Shown here: one piece after another, positions 9,635 to 20,007 of the stretch
Position numbering within the stretch: position 1 is the stretch's first letter
How the letters are laid out: every line of letters starts with the position of its first letter
Assembly: GCA_031371445.1 (NCBI GenBank)
Contig: JANMJQ010000140.1
Coordinates: 18,681-82,680, forward strand
DNA: 64,000 nt
Source: Akkermansiaceae bacterium
GTDB lineage: Bacteria; Verrucomicrobiota; Verrucomicrobiia; Verrucomicrobiales; Akkermansiaceae
Direction: 5' to 3'
Program-made: the position numbers and the translations under genes
The notes under the pieces: generated by a model
The model's database searches: none
What the model was told of the DNA's origin: nothing
Seen by the model: the letters and a program-made list of their open reading frames with translations, nothing else

Positions 9635-9942
9635 GCCGGGCGAGATCTATCGGGTCGACTTGGGAATGGGCGGCAAGGTCAGGATGATGATCGTCGTCTC
9701 CCGCGAAGATCGTGACGCACCCCCGCGCGCTCAGCCTTTGTGTTCCGATCACGACCTCCAACCGTGGTTCGGGTTACGAAGTTGAGCTTCCGCCTCGGCC
9801 ATTTTTCAGATCCCAGAGCTTCGCCAACGTTCAAGGCCTCCAAGCGATTCAACATCACGAATTACAAGCACGCGTTGGGGTCATCTTCGGTGATGCCTTC
9901 GACAAAATCAAAGACGCCCTCCGGTTCGCGCTGGAATTGTAA
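9624..9942 (+). pseudogene. PemK/MazF family toxin with +1 frameshift
   Basis: MTTKPGEIYRVDLGMGGKVRMMIVVSRED continues into RALSLCVPITTS...IKDALRFALEL only if one C of the C5 run at 9720-9724 is removed (319 nt = 3n+1). Confidence 0.8.
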
Positions 9943-10087
9943 GAAAAAGAGAATCGGGATCTACGAGAATATACCTAATGGAAACACAGTCGCCGACTCC
10001 TGGCACCGCCGATTTCCCTCGACGAATAGAACCTCCGGGGCCACAAATTAATCAATATTTCAGATGGTCCTAAATCATCGAATTGCC

Positions 10088-13000
10088 ATGAAAACCGTCC
10101 ACCCGCTCGCATTCGCAATGCTGCTTGTCTCCTGTTCGGAGGCCCTCGCGCTTACTCCGGCGCTGAAATCCGAATCCCCCGTCACGCCCGCCCGCCTTGC
10201 GACTTCCGATTGGGCGGGCATCCGCACCGCCTACGAGGCTGCCCGGCATGCGACCCACCGCCAGGAAAACGGAACCCTCAGCGCCCGCAATCCCGGACAA
10301 GATTGGAGCACGGAATTCGATGGCAAGGGCTTCCTCGTCACGCCCGATCACGGCGGATGGACCTGGGGCTTGCAGCTCACCGCCTACGGCGACCGAACCC
10401 TGCAATCGGCTTCCTCATCCATCACCTCCGAGAATGGAAAAATCATCTGCTGTCGCGATGAAAACCTCACCGAGTGGTTCGTCAACGACAACCGCGGTCT
10501 TGAACAAGGATGGACCTTCCACCATCGCCCTGATCGCACCAACGATTGCGCACCGCTCCTGATTTACCTCAGCACCCGCGGTGACCTCCGTCCGCAGGTC
10601 TCGGCCGATGGCTCCGGTGTTTCTTTTCAAAACCACGCCGCCGGCGCCGCCCTCATCTACGATGGGCTCAAAGCATGGGACGCCGATCGCAAAGCACTCC
10701 CGGTCCACTTCGAGCAGGGTCGGGAAAACAGCATCCGCGTCAGCGTCGATGATCACGCCGCCTCATACCCGATCACGATCGACCCGATCGCACAACAGGC
10801 GATGATCAAGGGGGCGAATACCGGGGCTGGAGATCAGTTCGGCGTTTCGGTGGCAATTTCGGGAGATACTGTGGTTGTTGGCGCGAATTGGGAGGACGGC
10901 AGCGGGACCGGCATCAACCCCGGGGTCAATGAAAGTGCCTCCAATGCCGGGGCGGCATACGTCTTTACGCGCAGCGCTGGGGTATGGACCCAGCAGGCTT
11001 ATTTGAAGGCCTCGAACACCGGTGCCGACGATCAATTTGGCATATCGGTGGCGATCTCCGGAGATACCCTGATAGTGGGCGCAACTGGCGAAGACGGGGG
11101 TGGCAATCAAGTGGATCCGCCGTCTGACGAGGCTGAAGCGGATGCCGGTGCTGCCTATGTTTTCGTCCGCAGCGCGGGCGTTTGGAGCCAGCAGGCTTAC
11201 TTGAAAGGATCGGCCTCCGGGTCAACCGACAACTTTGGAGTGAGCGTAGGCGTATCGGATGATATGATCGTCGTTGGCGCCGAGTTGGAGGATGGCAGTG
11301 GCAGCGGGGTCAATCCTGCATTCAACAACGCCCTGACGGATGCTGGAGCAGCCTACGTTTTCTCGCGCAGCGGGACGGTGTGGACTTCGTCGGCCTACTT
11401 GAAAGCGTCAAACCCGGACGCCTCGGACTATTTCGGTAAAGCCGTGGCCATTTCCGGCGATACCATCGTCGTCGGGGCACGATACGAAGCCGGAAACGGC
11501 AGCGGAGTCAATCCACCCGCTGATAACCTGGCTCCCTACGCGGGTGCCGTCTATGTCTTCCAGAAGTCGGGCTTGGTATGGGCTCAACAGGCTTACCTTA
11601 AAGCGTCCAACGTCGGAACATCCGACTATTTCGGCGGCGCGGTGAGTATTTCAGATGACACCCTCGTCGTAGGCGCGACGGGCGAGGATGGAGCAGGAAC
11701 GGGTGCGAACCCCGCCTCGAACGAGGGAGCTTTCGGTTCGGGAGCGACATATATTTTCACCCGCAGCGGCACGGTCTGGACGCAGCAGGCTTATTTAAAG
11801 CCCTCCAATCCGTCTCCCTTTTATGCATTCGGTTATTCGGTGGCGGTCTCTGGCGAGGCCATGGTGATCGGAGGAACGGGAAGTACAGGTTTAGGGCTAA
11901 CAGAAGGTGTGGCCTATGCATTCGCCCGAGCCGGCTCGGTTTGGAGCCAGCAGGGCCAACTGGCCCCCACTCCTGTCGCGCCAGGGTACTACTTTGGCTA
12001 TTCGGTTGCGATCTCAGGAGGTACTGGCTTGGTCGGAGCACCCCAGCAGGACGGTTTCGCGGGGGGGGGCTACATCTTCACCGGCATCGGCACTTCATTT
12101 CCCGAAATCGTCGTCAACCGGCCCGGAACGAATCTGGTCGATAACAGCGGAATCCAATCCTTTGGCCCGGTCAATGTGGGCGGCAGTGCAAATCTGATTT
12201 TCAACATCCGCAACTCGGGCCTGGTCGCTCTCAATCTAACCGGATCCCCCAACAAAGTCGCCGTCAGCGGCCCTGATGCGGCAATGTTCAGCATCACAAC
12301 GCAGCCGACTTCCCCGGTTGCCGCTAACAACGGCAGCACCTTTTTCAACGCCCGCTTCTCGCCCACCAACGCGGGCACCAAGACAGCAGTCCTTTCCATT
12401 GCCAACGACGACAGCGATGAAAATCCTTACGAGATCAACCTCAGCGGCGTGGTGGCGTTCCAGGAAATCGCGGTTTCACAAAACGCGGCGGACATCGCGT
12501 CCGGCGGCAGCAAGGATTTCGGCAATGTCAGCGTCGGCAGTGGGTCGAATCTGGTCTTCCAGATCTCCAACACCGGCGGCGCTGACCTGACATTCACCAA
12601 TGTGCCCAAGATCGTGGTAAGCGGCCCCGACGCGGCGATGTTCAGCGTGATTTCACAACCCGCTTCCCCCGTGGTTCCAGGCGGCAACTCGTCTTTCACG
12701 GTGCGCTTTTTGCCCACCAGCGGCGGCACTAAATCAGCAACTCTCACCCTTCCTAACAACGACACTGACGAAGGTAGTTTTCAAATCAGTCTCACCGGCA
12801 CTGCACCACCCGCCGAGATTGCCATCGAACAATCCGCCGTGGATATTTCCGATGGCGGCTTAAAAGATTTCGGCGGAGTCGTCGTTGCCAGCACCGCGGA
12901 TTTGACCTTCGCCATCAAAAACACGGGCGGTGTCAATCTCGTCCTCAGCGGGGCTACCAAAGTTACAGTCAGCGGCACGGATGCCGCGCTGTTCTCCGTC

Positions 13001-13525
13001 GTCTCCCAGCCCGCATCACCCGTGGCTCCTGGCGGCAGCGTTCCATTCACGGTTCGTTTCGCCCCGATCAGCGGGGGAGCCAAAACAGCGCATCTCACGA
13101 TTGCCAACAGCGACGCCGATGAAAACCCGTTCGACATCGATCTTGCGGGGACCGGGCTGACGTTCACCGCCGACACTGACGGCGACGGTCTCAACGACGC
13201 TTCCGAAGCACAGCTTGCGTCCTTGGGATTCAACTGGCAGGTCAGCCAGACCGCACTGGTGAACGGATATTACGCCAACGCCAATGGGGCCAACCTCTAT
13301 TCACTTTCCCAAGTGCAGGCGCTCAACGTCAACGTGCCACTCATCCAAAAAAATCCCAGTGGCACTTTCACTCTCACGCTGGGGATCGATAAAAGCGCCA
13401 ACCTCATCAACTTCGCACCCTTCCCGATGACCGCGCCGCAGACGTTGATCAACGGACAGGGAAAGCTTGAATTTCAATTCAACGCGCCAGGCAATGCGGC
13501 GTTTTTCCGGGTGCAGGCGCAATAA
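10088..13525 (+). CDS. Secreted FG-GAP repeat protein with three choice-of-anchor D (Ig-like) domains
   Basis: Signal peptide; repeats of DxFGxSVAISGDTxVVGA...GAAYVF...WxQQAYLKAS; three FTVRFxP...NxDxDENP domains; DTDGDG; C-terminal FFRVQAQ. Confidence 0.9.
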   Translation: MKTVHPLAFAMLLVSCSEALALTPALKSESPVTPARLATSDWAGIRTAYEAARHATHRQENGTLSARNPGQDWSTEFDGKGFLVTPDHGGWTWGLQLTAYGDRTLQSASSSITSENGKIICCRDENLTEWFVNDNRGLEQGWTFHHRPDRTNDCAPLLIYLSTRGDLRPQVSADGSGVSFQNHAAGAALIYDGLKAWDADRKALPVHFEQGRENSIRVSVDDHAASYPITIDPIAQQAMIKGANTGAGDQFGVSVAISGDTVVVGANWEDGSGTGINPGVNESASNAGAAYVFTRSAGVWTQQAYLKASNTGADDQFGISVAISGDTLIVGATGEDGGGNQVDPPSDEAEADAGAAYVFVRSAGVWSQQAYLKGSASGSTDNFGVSVGVSDDMIVVGAELEDGSGSGVNPAFNNALTDAGAAYVFSRSGTVWTSSAYLKASNPDASDYFGKAVAISGDTIVVGARYEAGNGSGVNPPADNLAPYAGAVYVFQKSGLVWAQQAYLKASNVGTSDYFGGAVSISDDTLVVGATGEDGAGTGANPASNEGAFGSGATYIFTRSGTVWTQQAYLKPSNPSPFYAFGYSVAVSGEAMVIGGTGSTGLGLTEGVAYAFARAGSVWSQQGQLAPTPVAPGYYFGYSVAISGGTGLVGAPQQDGFAGGGYIFTGIGTSFPEIVVNRPGTNLVDNSGIQSFGPVNVGGSANLIFNIRNSGLVALNLTGSPNKVAVSGPDAAMFSITTQPTSPVAANNGSTFFNARFSPTNAGTKTAVLSIANDDSDENPYEINLSGVVAFQEIAVSQNAADIASGGSKDFGNVSVGSGSNLVFQISNTGGADLTFTNVPKIVVSGPDAAMFSVISQPASPVVPGGNSSFTVRFLPTSGGTKSATLTLPNNDTDEGSFQISLTGTAPPAEIAIEQSAVDISDGGLKDFGGVVVASTADLTFAIKNTGGVNLVLSGATKVTVSGTDAALFSVVSQPASPVAPGGSVPFTVRFAPISGGAKTAHLTIANSDADENPFDIDLAGTGLTFTADTDGDGLNDASEAQLASLGFNWQVSQTALVNGYYANANGANLYSLSQVQALNVNVPLIQKNPSGTFTLTLGIDKSANLINFAPFPMTAPQTLINGQGKLEFQFNAPGNAAFFRVQAQ

Positions 13526-13553
13526 GCTTCAATGCCAGGACAAGCGGAAGTCC

Positions 13554-14471
13554 TCACCTTTCCTCCCACTCCTCCTCGAGGTGCTCCGCGGATTTCGGTT
13601 CGAGGTGTGAGATGACCCTGCCGTGCGGATGGAGCAAGGCCGCGACGCTGGCTTCGATGGCGGTCGCATCTTCATGCGCATCGCCGACACTGATGTCATC
13701 GTCGAAGACCAGGTGGAATTCGACCCAGTGGGTGCGGCCGGAGTGGCGGTGACGGAGGTTGTGATAGGACAGCGAGCGGTTCGCGCATTCGCGGTAGAGG
13801 AGATCGCAAATCTCGCGCTCGACCTTGGGATCGGTTTCATCGAGCAGCCCTCTGAGGCTGTCGCGGATGAGGCCATAGCCAACCCGCAGGATGTTGAGGG
13901 CCGCGATGGCGGCAGCGATGGGATCCCACCAGACCCAGTCGGTGAAACGGATCAGCGCCAAGGCAATCAGCACGGCCGCGCTGGACCAGACGTCGGTCAG
14001 CACATGCTGGCCATTCGCCCGCAGGATTGGCGATTGGGTGCTGGTTCCCACACGGAGGAGGCAGAGACCTAAAAGGAGGTTGATCGCCGCCGCCGCCGCT
14101 GTGACCGCGACACCGAAGCCGAGGTTGGAGATTTTCACTCCGAAGAAGCATTGCTGCGCCGCTTCATAGAGAATCAGCATGGCCGCGGCGGAAATCATCG
14201 CGCCTTCGAAGCCCGAGGACAGGAAGGCGATTTTGTCGTGGCCGAAATGGTGGGTTTCGTCGGCGGGCTTGTGGGCGAGCCGGAGCGCCCAGGTGGCAAA
14301 ACCGACGGCCAGCAGGTGGACCACCGATTCCGCGGCGTCGGAATAGATCGCCGAAGAGCCCGTGACGATGGCGGCCGCAACCTTCGCGATCAGGAGGACA
14401 GCAGCCACCCCGAGCGAGAAATTCATCAGCCGCTTTTGGGTCCGAAAGCTTTCCACCGCCGGAGTTTGCAC
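13554..14471 (-). CDS. Cation diffusion facilitator family transporter
   Basis: SDAAES, KPADETHHFGHDK, HVLTDVW, WDP, C-terminal SHLEP. Confidence 0.92.
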   Translation of the reverse strand: MQTPAVESFRTQKRLMNFSLGVAAVLLIAKVAAAIVTGSSAIYSDAAESVVHLLAVGFATWALRLAHKPADETHHFGHDKIAFLSSGFEGAMISAAAMLILYEAAQQCFFGVKISNLGFGVAVTAAAAAINLLLGLCLLRVGTSTQSPILRANGQHVLTDVWSSAAVLIALALIRFTDWVWWDPIAAAIAALNILRVGYGLIRDSLRGLLDETDPKVEREICDLLYRECANRSLSYHNLRHRHSGRTHWVEFHLVFDDDISVGDAHEDATAIEASVAALLHPHGRVISHLEPKSAEHLEEEWEER

Positions 14472-14610
14472 GCCCCGGGGGCCATGGCAACCCCCGCAAA
14501 TCGGGTTTGTTCGACATCTTTGCTTGTTTTCCCTAGGAAAAGGGGCCTAGGCTCACCGCCCGCCGCGAGAGACGCTCCGCCAGCGCGGGTTCCGCTTCAT
14601 TATTTTTTCC

Positions 14611-16341
14611 ATGGATACGCCTCCTTTTTCCGAACTCGGATTGCCTGACGAACTGCTCGCAGCGATCGAAACGCTGGGCTACGAGCGGCCATCTCCCATC
14701 CAGGCGATGAGCATTCCCCCAGCGATGGCTGGAAAAGACCTGGTCGGCCTGTCCGCCACCGGGTCGGGAAAAACCGCGGCCTTCGCGCTGCCGGCCTTGG
14801 CCAAACTGGATGTGAAACTGCCTTACCCGCAGGTATTGATCTTGTGTCCGACCCGCGAGCTTGCGATCCAGGTCTGCGAGGAAGTTCACCGGCTTGGCGC
14901 AAAGATGCGCGGCCTGCAAGCGACGCCGGTTTATGGCGGCGCGCCAATCGACCGCCAGTTGCGGGCCTTGCGCTCCGGCGCGCAGCTCGTCGTGGGCACT
15001 CCCGGTCGTCTGTTAGATCACTTGCGTCGCGGCAGCTTCGATCCTTCGCGGATTAAGATGTCGATCCTGGACGAAGCGGACCGCATGCTCGACATGGGCT
15101 TCAAGGATGAGATGGACGAACTGCTCGCGGCATTGCCCGCTGAACGGCAAGTGCTGTTTTTCTCGGCGACGATGAATCCCGGTGTTTCGCGCCTGATCCA
15201 AAAATTCGGCAACAAGCCGGAAGTTATCGAGATCCAGCAAAAGGCCCGAACCGTATCGACCGTCGAACAATCGTATTTCGAAGTGCGCCAGCGTTCCAAA
15301 GTCGAAGTGCTTTCGCGCGTGATCGACATGAACCCGCCGCGGCTTTGCATCGTTTTCTGCAATACCAAGCGCTCGGTGGACGAATGCACCGAAGACCTCG
15401 TCAACCGCGGTTATGCCGCCGACCGTCTGCATGGCGACATCACCCAGCAAATGCGCGAGCGTGTGCTCAAACGCTTCCGTGAAGGCGCGGTGGAAATCCT
15501 CGTCGCCACTGATGTTGCGGCGCGCGGGTTGGACATTGACGAGATCGATATTGTTTTCAACTACGACCTGCCGACCGATCCCGAGGACTACGTTCACCGC
15601 ATCGGCCGCACCGGTCGCGCGGGCCGTTCGGGACGGGCTGTTAGTTTTGTCTACGGCCGGGAGATTTACCGGATGCAATCGATCGAGCGCTACACGCGGT
15701 CCGTCGTCAAACGCGAGCGCATCCCCTCGGTCGAACAAGTCGAGGGACGGCGCGCGGATTTGATTTTCGATGACCTCAAGGAACGTCTCGAAGGCGGGAA
15801 ATTCGATACGTATCAGGACAGCATCGACCGCCTGTTAGAGCAGGGCCACACGCCGACCGACATCGCCGGCGCGCTGGTGACGATGATCCGCGAAGCCAGT
15901 GGCCGCGAGGGATCGGCGATCGAAGAAGATCGCGAACACGAACGTCCCGCGCGCAAGGAAGCCAAGACGCAACGCGAAGATCGTGGCCCCTTACGTGACC
16001 GGAACATTTTCCAAGGCGATGACCGCGGGCCGAGGCCAGAACGCTTCGAGCGTCCGGGCCCGCCGCAGCAGGGGAATATCCAGCCCACGGAGGAAGGCAT
16101 GGCACGGATGTTTCTCTCGGTCGGAAAAGCGCATGGCGTGTTGCCGAAGGAAATCGTTGGCATGTTGTATCGCGAGGCCGGTTTGCCCGACGGTTGCCTT
16201 GGCAAGATCACTCTCTTTCCAAATCACTCGCTGGTCGATGTGCCGCGTGAGTTCGTGGACCAGGTCATCGACCGCACCCGCAAGGCCCGTCTGCGCGGAC
16301 AGCCGTTCCGCATCGATCTCGACCGCGGGCCGCGTTATTGA
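14611..16341 (+). CDS. deaD: DEAD-box RNA helicase (DeaD/CsdA type)
   Basis: [38 protein letters not shown]; DbpA-like C-terminal domain. Confidence 0.93.
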   Translation: MDTPPFSELGLPDELLAAIETLGYERPSPIQAMSIPPAMAGKDLVGLSATGSGKTAAFALPALAKLDVKLPYPQVLILCPTRELAIQVCEEVHRLGAKMRGLQATPVYGGAPIDRQLRALRSGAQLVVGTPGRLLDHLRRGSFDPSRIKMSILDEADRMLDMGFKDEMDELLAALPAERQVLFFSATMNPGVSRLIQKFGNKPEVIEIQQKARTVSTVEQSYFEVRQRSKVEVLSRVIDMNPPRLCIVFCNTKRSVDECTEDLVNRGYAADRLHGDITQQMRERVLKRFREGAVEILVATDVAARGLDIDEIDIVFNYDLPTDPEDYVHRIGRTGRAGRSGRAVSFVYGREIYRMQSIERYTRSVVKRERIPSVEQVEGRRADLIFDDLKERLEGGKFDTYQDSIDRLLEQGHTPTDIAGALVTMIREASGREGSAIEEDREHERPARKEAKTQREDRGPLRDRNIFQGDDRGPRPERFERPGPPQQGNIQPTEEGMARMFLSVGKAHGVLPKEIVGMLYREAGLPDGCLGKITLFPNHSLVDVPREFVDQVIDRTRKARLRGQPFRIDLDRGPRY

Positions 16342-16350
16342 GATTTCGGA

Positions 16351-17637
16351 ATGCCCGCCGATCTAACAGGAAATCTGCGGCGCTTCAAGCTGTTCACGGT
16401 TTTCTACACCGCGCGGGCGTACTATCCGGTGCTCGCGGTGTTGTTTCTCGATCTCGGCCTGACGCTGGATCAGTTCGTGATGCTCAACATGATCTGGGCG
16501 GCTGCGATTTTTGTCTTCGAGGTTCCCTCCGGCGCATTGGCGGATACGATCGGCCGCAAAAAGCTGTTGGTCGCCGCATCGGTGCTGATGGTCATCGAAA
16601 TGCTCTGCCTCCTGCTTGCGCCGCGGAATGGCGGGGCGGTTCTGTTAGGGATGTGCGTGGTCAACCGGATTTGCTCGGGCATTTCCGAAGCCTGTGCGAG
16701 CGGTGCCGACGAAGCGCTGGCCTACGACTCGCTGCCCACCGATGACCGCGGCACACGATGGGACCACTTGTTGGCGACGACAATGCGCTGGCGCTCGGTT
16801 GGCTTTGTGATCGCCATGATCCTTGGCGGCTTGATTTACGATCCCGCTCCCCTGAACCGCCTGCTGCCCGCGGGAATGGCTTTGTCCGTGGAAATCGCGC
16901 GGCGCCTGCCGGTCGCGATGGTGCTTTGCCAGGGGCTCGTATGCGTCGTGGTCACCTTGCGAATGGTCGAGCCCGTCCGCCACGAGACGGCCCATGTGTC
17001 GGAGTCCTGCAAACATGCGATCCAACTCACCTGGCAAACCGCGCGCTGGGTTTTTTCCAATCCGCACACGCTGGTCGTGATTCTCATCGGCTTGTCCATT
17101 GACTCGATCGTCCGTAATTTCGCGACGCTCAACAGCAGCTACTATCGCTTGATTGAGCTGCCTGCATGGACCTTTGGATTCATCGGCGCGGGGATGGGAG
17201 TGATCGGTTGGTTTGTGCCCGCCGTCGCGAAATCGCTCAACGACCGCTTCGGCACCTTGGCCAATCTCGGCATTGCGGCTGCGGTCTCGCTATTGGGCTT
17301 GGCGGCGGTGGTTCCCGCATGGCCCCTCTTCGGCTTGCTGCCAGCCGTCCTCTTGATGACGACAATGGGTTACCTTGGCTTCACCATCAGCAAGGTCCTG
17401 CATCGCGAAGCCGATTCAGCGCGGCGCGCGACGGTGCTCTCGGTGAAAGGCCTCGCGTTCAATCTCGGCTATGGCTTGTTCAGCCTCGCCTTCTCGCGCT
17501 TGCTTGCCGGATTTCCCGATCAACCTGCGGGTCATGCATTTCGCTCCGCCTTGCTATGGCAGGTGCCGGCGTTCGGAATCACGTTGCTCGCGCTTTTCGC
17601 CTGGGGCAGATCGCATTGGAAAAAGCGCATCGCCTAG
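16351..17637 (+). CDS. MFS transporter
   Basis: FEVPSGALADTIGRK, SGADEALAYDSL, RATVLS; about 12 TM segments. Confidence 0.9.
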   Translation: MPADLTGNLRRFKLFTVFYTARAYYPVLAVLFLDLGLTLDQFVMLNMIWAAAIFVFEVPSGALADTIGRKKLLVAASVLMVIEMLCLLLAPRNGGAVLLGMCVVNRICSGISEACASGADEALAYDSLPTDDRGTRWDHLLATTMRWRSVGFVIAMILGGLIYDPAPLNRLLPAGMALSVEIARRLPVAMVLCQGLVCVVVTLRMVEPVRHETAHVSESCKHAIQLTWQTARWVFSNPHTLVVILIGLSIDSIVRNFATLNSSYYRLIELPAWTFGFIGAGMGVIGWFVPAVAKSLNDRFGTLANLGIAAAVSLLGLAAVVPAWPLFGLLPAVLLMTTMGYLGFTISKVLHREADSARRATVLSVKGLAFNLGYGLFSLAFSRLLAGFPDQPAGHAFRSALLWQVPAFGITLLALFAWGRSHWKKRIA

Positions 17638-18260
17638 TCCATTGCTGTTAGACTGGCGTGACGCAGATACTCGCAGATCACGGGGATGCGTGCGCCCACC
17701 GATTCCATTTCCAACAACTGCTGGCGGATGTCCGCTTCATGGACAAATTGTTGGCTGATGATGTCCGTCATCAGACCAGGCTCGTCAGCCCGATCCAGCA
17801 GCGCGAACACGCCGCTTTGGACTTCCTCGGAAAGCCCCTTGACCGCGTCTTCCACAGCTCCGCGCAAGGTTTGCATCGCCGCCTGCGCCTGATTTTCCGG
17901 CACCCTGGTGGACACCAATGGCTCGATGCTGGCGTAGGGGTAATCCTTGTCGGAATGCCATTCGGTGAAACGAACGCGCATCACCCCGTGGATCAGGAGT
18001 TGCGAAGTGCCGTCGTCCTGTTCGCGCGAAGCCCGCACCAGGCCGATGGTTCCAACGGGCGAAACCAGGTCCTCGTCGCCCTCGGGGTCCCCTGCCAGGA
18101 GCCTTGCGACCGCAAAAAAGCAATCGCCCTCGAGCGCGTCCGCCAGCATTTTCCGATAGCGGGGTTCGAAGATATACAGGGGCAGCCCGCCATGCGGGAA
18201 AAGGGTGCAATCGGGCAGCAGCATCACGCCACAGCGCTCCGGTAGATTGATACTGCCCAT
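17634..18260 (-). CDS. Lon N-terminal substrate-binding domain protein
   Basis: LFPHGGLPLYIFEPRYRKM, VGTIG, RQQLLE. Confidence 0.88.
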   Translation of the reverse strand: MGSINLPERCGVMLLPDCTLFPHGGLPLYIFEPRYRKMLADALEGDCFFAVARLLAGDPEGDEDLVSPVGTIGLVRASREQDDGTSQLLIHGVMRVRFTEWHSDKDYPYASIEPLVSTRVPENQAQAAMQTLRGAVEDAVKGLSEEVQSGVFALLDRADEPGLMTDIISQQFVHEADIRQQLLEMESVGARIPVICEYLRHASLTAMD

Positions 18261-18416
18261 GGTTCCGCGCAGGCATACACCAGCGCCCCGCCGATGCAAG
18301 GATGTTAGCGCCGTCCCCTCAAGCTGTTATTCGGCTTGATAGCAGGATTTTTCAAACAAGAATCGCGCCCCGCACCGCTAACCGCGGGAACTGCCGAAAA
18401 ACCGCACCGCCACCCC

Positions 18417-19166
18417 ATGATCGAAGTCGAATCCCTCACCAAACATTTTGGAACGAAGTACGCGGTCGATGACCTTTCGTTCACCGTCAAACAAGGCGAA
18501 GTCCTTGGCTTCCTCGGACCCAACGGTGCCGGAAAATCGACCACCATGCGGATGATCACCGGCTTCATTCCGCCAAGCTCCGGCGACGCGCGGGTCTGCG
18601 GCATTTCCATCGTCGACAATCCCGCGGCCGCGAAAACGAAGATTGGTTATCTTCCGGAATCCGCGCCGCTCTACAACGACATGACGGTCGTGGGTTTCCT
18701 GAAATTCTGTGCATCGATCCGCAAGCTCAGCGGCACCGCGAAAAATGACGCGGTCGAGCGTGCCATCGACACCTGCTTCCTTGGCTCTGTCGCCCACCAG
18801 TCGATTGACACGCTGTCGAAAGGTTATCGCCATCGCACCTGTCTGGCGCAGGCCTTGTTGCACGATCCGGAAGTGTTGATTCTCGATGAGCCGACCGACG
18901 GCCTGGATCCAAACCAAAAATTCGAAGTCCGCCAGCTCATCAAGCGGCTTGGCAAGACGAAGGCCATTCTGTTCTCCACCCACATACTGGAAGAAGTCGA
19001 AGCCGCCTGCACCCGCGCGGTGATCGTGGACCGCGGAAAAATCGTCGCCGACGGCACGCCCGCCGAACTGCTCGCGCAATCCGGCACCGGATCGCTCACC
19101 GACTTGTTCCGCAACGTCACCTCGCGCGACACGGAAGAGGTAAAAGCTGAAACGCTGAAATGCTGA
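18417..19166 (+). CDS. ABC transporter ATP-binding protein (GldA-like)
   Basis: GPNGAGKST, IGYLPE, LSKGYR, DEPTDGLDPNQ, STHIL. Confidence 0.92.
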   Translation: MIEVESLTKHFGTKYAVDDLSFTVKQGEVLGFLGPNGAGKSTTMRMITGFIPPSSGDARVCGISIVDNPAAAKTKIGYLPESAPLYNDMTVVGFLKFCASIRKLSGTAKNDAVERAIDTCFLGSVAHQSIDTLSKGYRHRTCLAQALLHDPEVLILDEPTDGLDPNQKFEVRQLIKRLGKTKAILFSTHILEEVEAACTRAVIVDRGKIVADGTPAELLAQSGTGSLTDLFRNVTSRDTEEVKAETLKC

Positions 19167-19225
19167 AAAGCTGAAAGCGTTTCCCTCAAAATTTTAGCTT
19201 TTCAGCATCTCAGCATCTCAGCATC
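19146..19225. repeat. 8-bp GCTGAAAN / NTCTCAGC hairpin array
   Basis: Same family as 2369-2462; overlaps the ATPase stop (both adjacent proteins end in AETLKx). Confidence 0.7.
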
Positions 19226-19234
19226 TACCCCACA

Positions 19235-19966
19235 ATGTCCTCGACCACCATCTACAAGCGCGAGCTCTCCAGCTATTTCTCGCAACCGACCGCCTACGCG
19301 ATCATCGTGATTTTCCTGCTGTTCTCGCTCGGCTTCACTTTCACGTTCGGCGAGTTCATCCGGGTCGGCGACTCGTCGCTCGAATGGACCTTCCTGTTCT
19401 GGCATCCGTGGATCTACATGCTTCTCGCACCCGCGGTCGGCATGAAATTGTGGGCCGATGAACAACGCACCGGCACCATCGAGTTGCTAGGCACTTTCCC
19501 GGTTTCCACATGGAGCGCCATCATCGGCAAGTTCCTGGCGGCGGCCACGGTCTGGCTGATCGCCCTGGCTCTAACCTTCCCAATCATCTGCACCGTCAAT
19601 TACCTCGGCCATCCTGACAACGGCGCGATCCTTTCCGGTTACATCGGCAGCTTCCTCGTGTGCTGCACCTTCCTTGCCGTCACGATGTTCGTCTCCGCCT
19701 GCACCCGCGACCAAGTGGTTTGTCTGATTGTTTCGGTGGCCATCTGCGTGCTGCTGCTTCTGTGCAGCTACGACGCGGTAACCGCAGTGCTCGCGAAAAT
19801 CGTGTCGCCGAACGTGCTGGAGGGCATCACGGCCTTCGGAGTGTGGGATCATTTCAGGTCCCCTAACAGCGGCCTGTTCCGGCTGAAGGATTTCGTTTGG
19901 TTCGCCTCGATGATCTTCGTCTTCCTCCTCGGAACCAGCGCCATCCTCTCCGCCAAGCGCGCCTGA
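19235..19966 (+). CDS. ABC-2 permease (GldF-like)
   Basis: KRELSSYFSQPTAY, MKLWADEQRTGTIELLGT, IIGKFLA. Confidence 0.9.
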   Translation: MSSTTIYKRELSSYFSQPTAYAIIVIFLLFSLGFTFTFGEFIRVGDSSLEWTFLFWHPWIYMLLAPAVGMKLWADEQRTGTIELLGTFPVSTWSAIIGKFLAAATVWLIALALTFPIICTVNYLGHPDNGAILSGYIGSFLVCCTFLAVTMFVSACTRDQVVCLIVSVAICVLLLLCSYDAVTAVLAKIVSPNVLEGITAFGVWDHFRSPNSGLFRLKDFVWFASMIFVFLLGTSAILSAKRA

Positions 19967-20007
19967 GATAAAGATCTCAAATTTCAAATCTCAAATTTCA
20001 AATCCAA

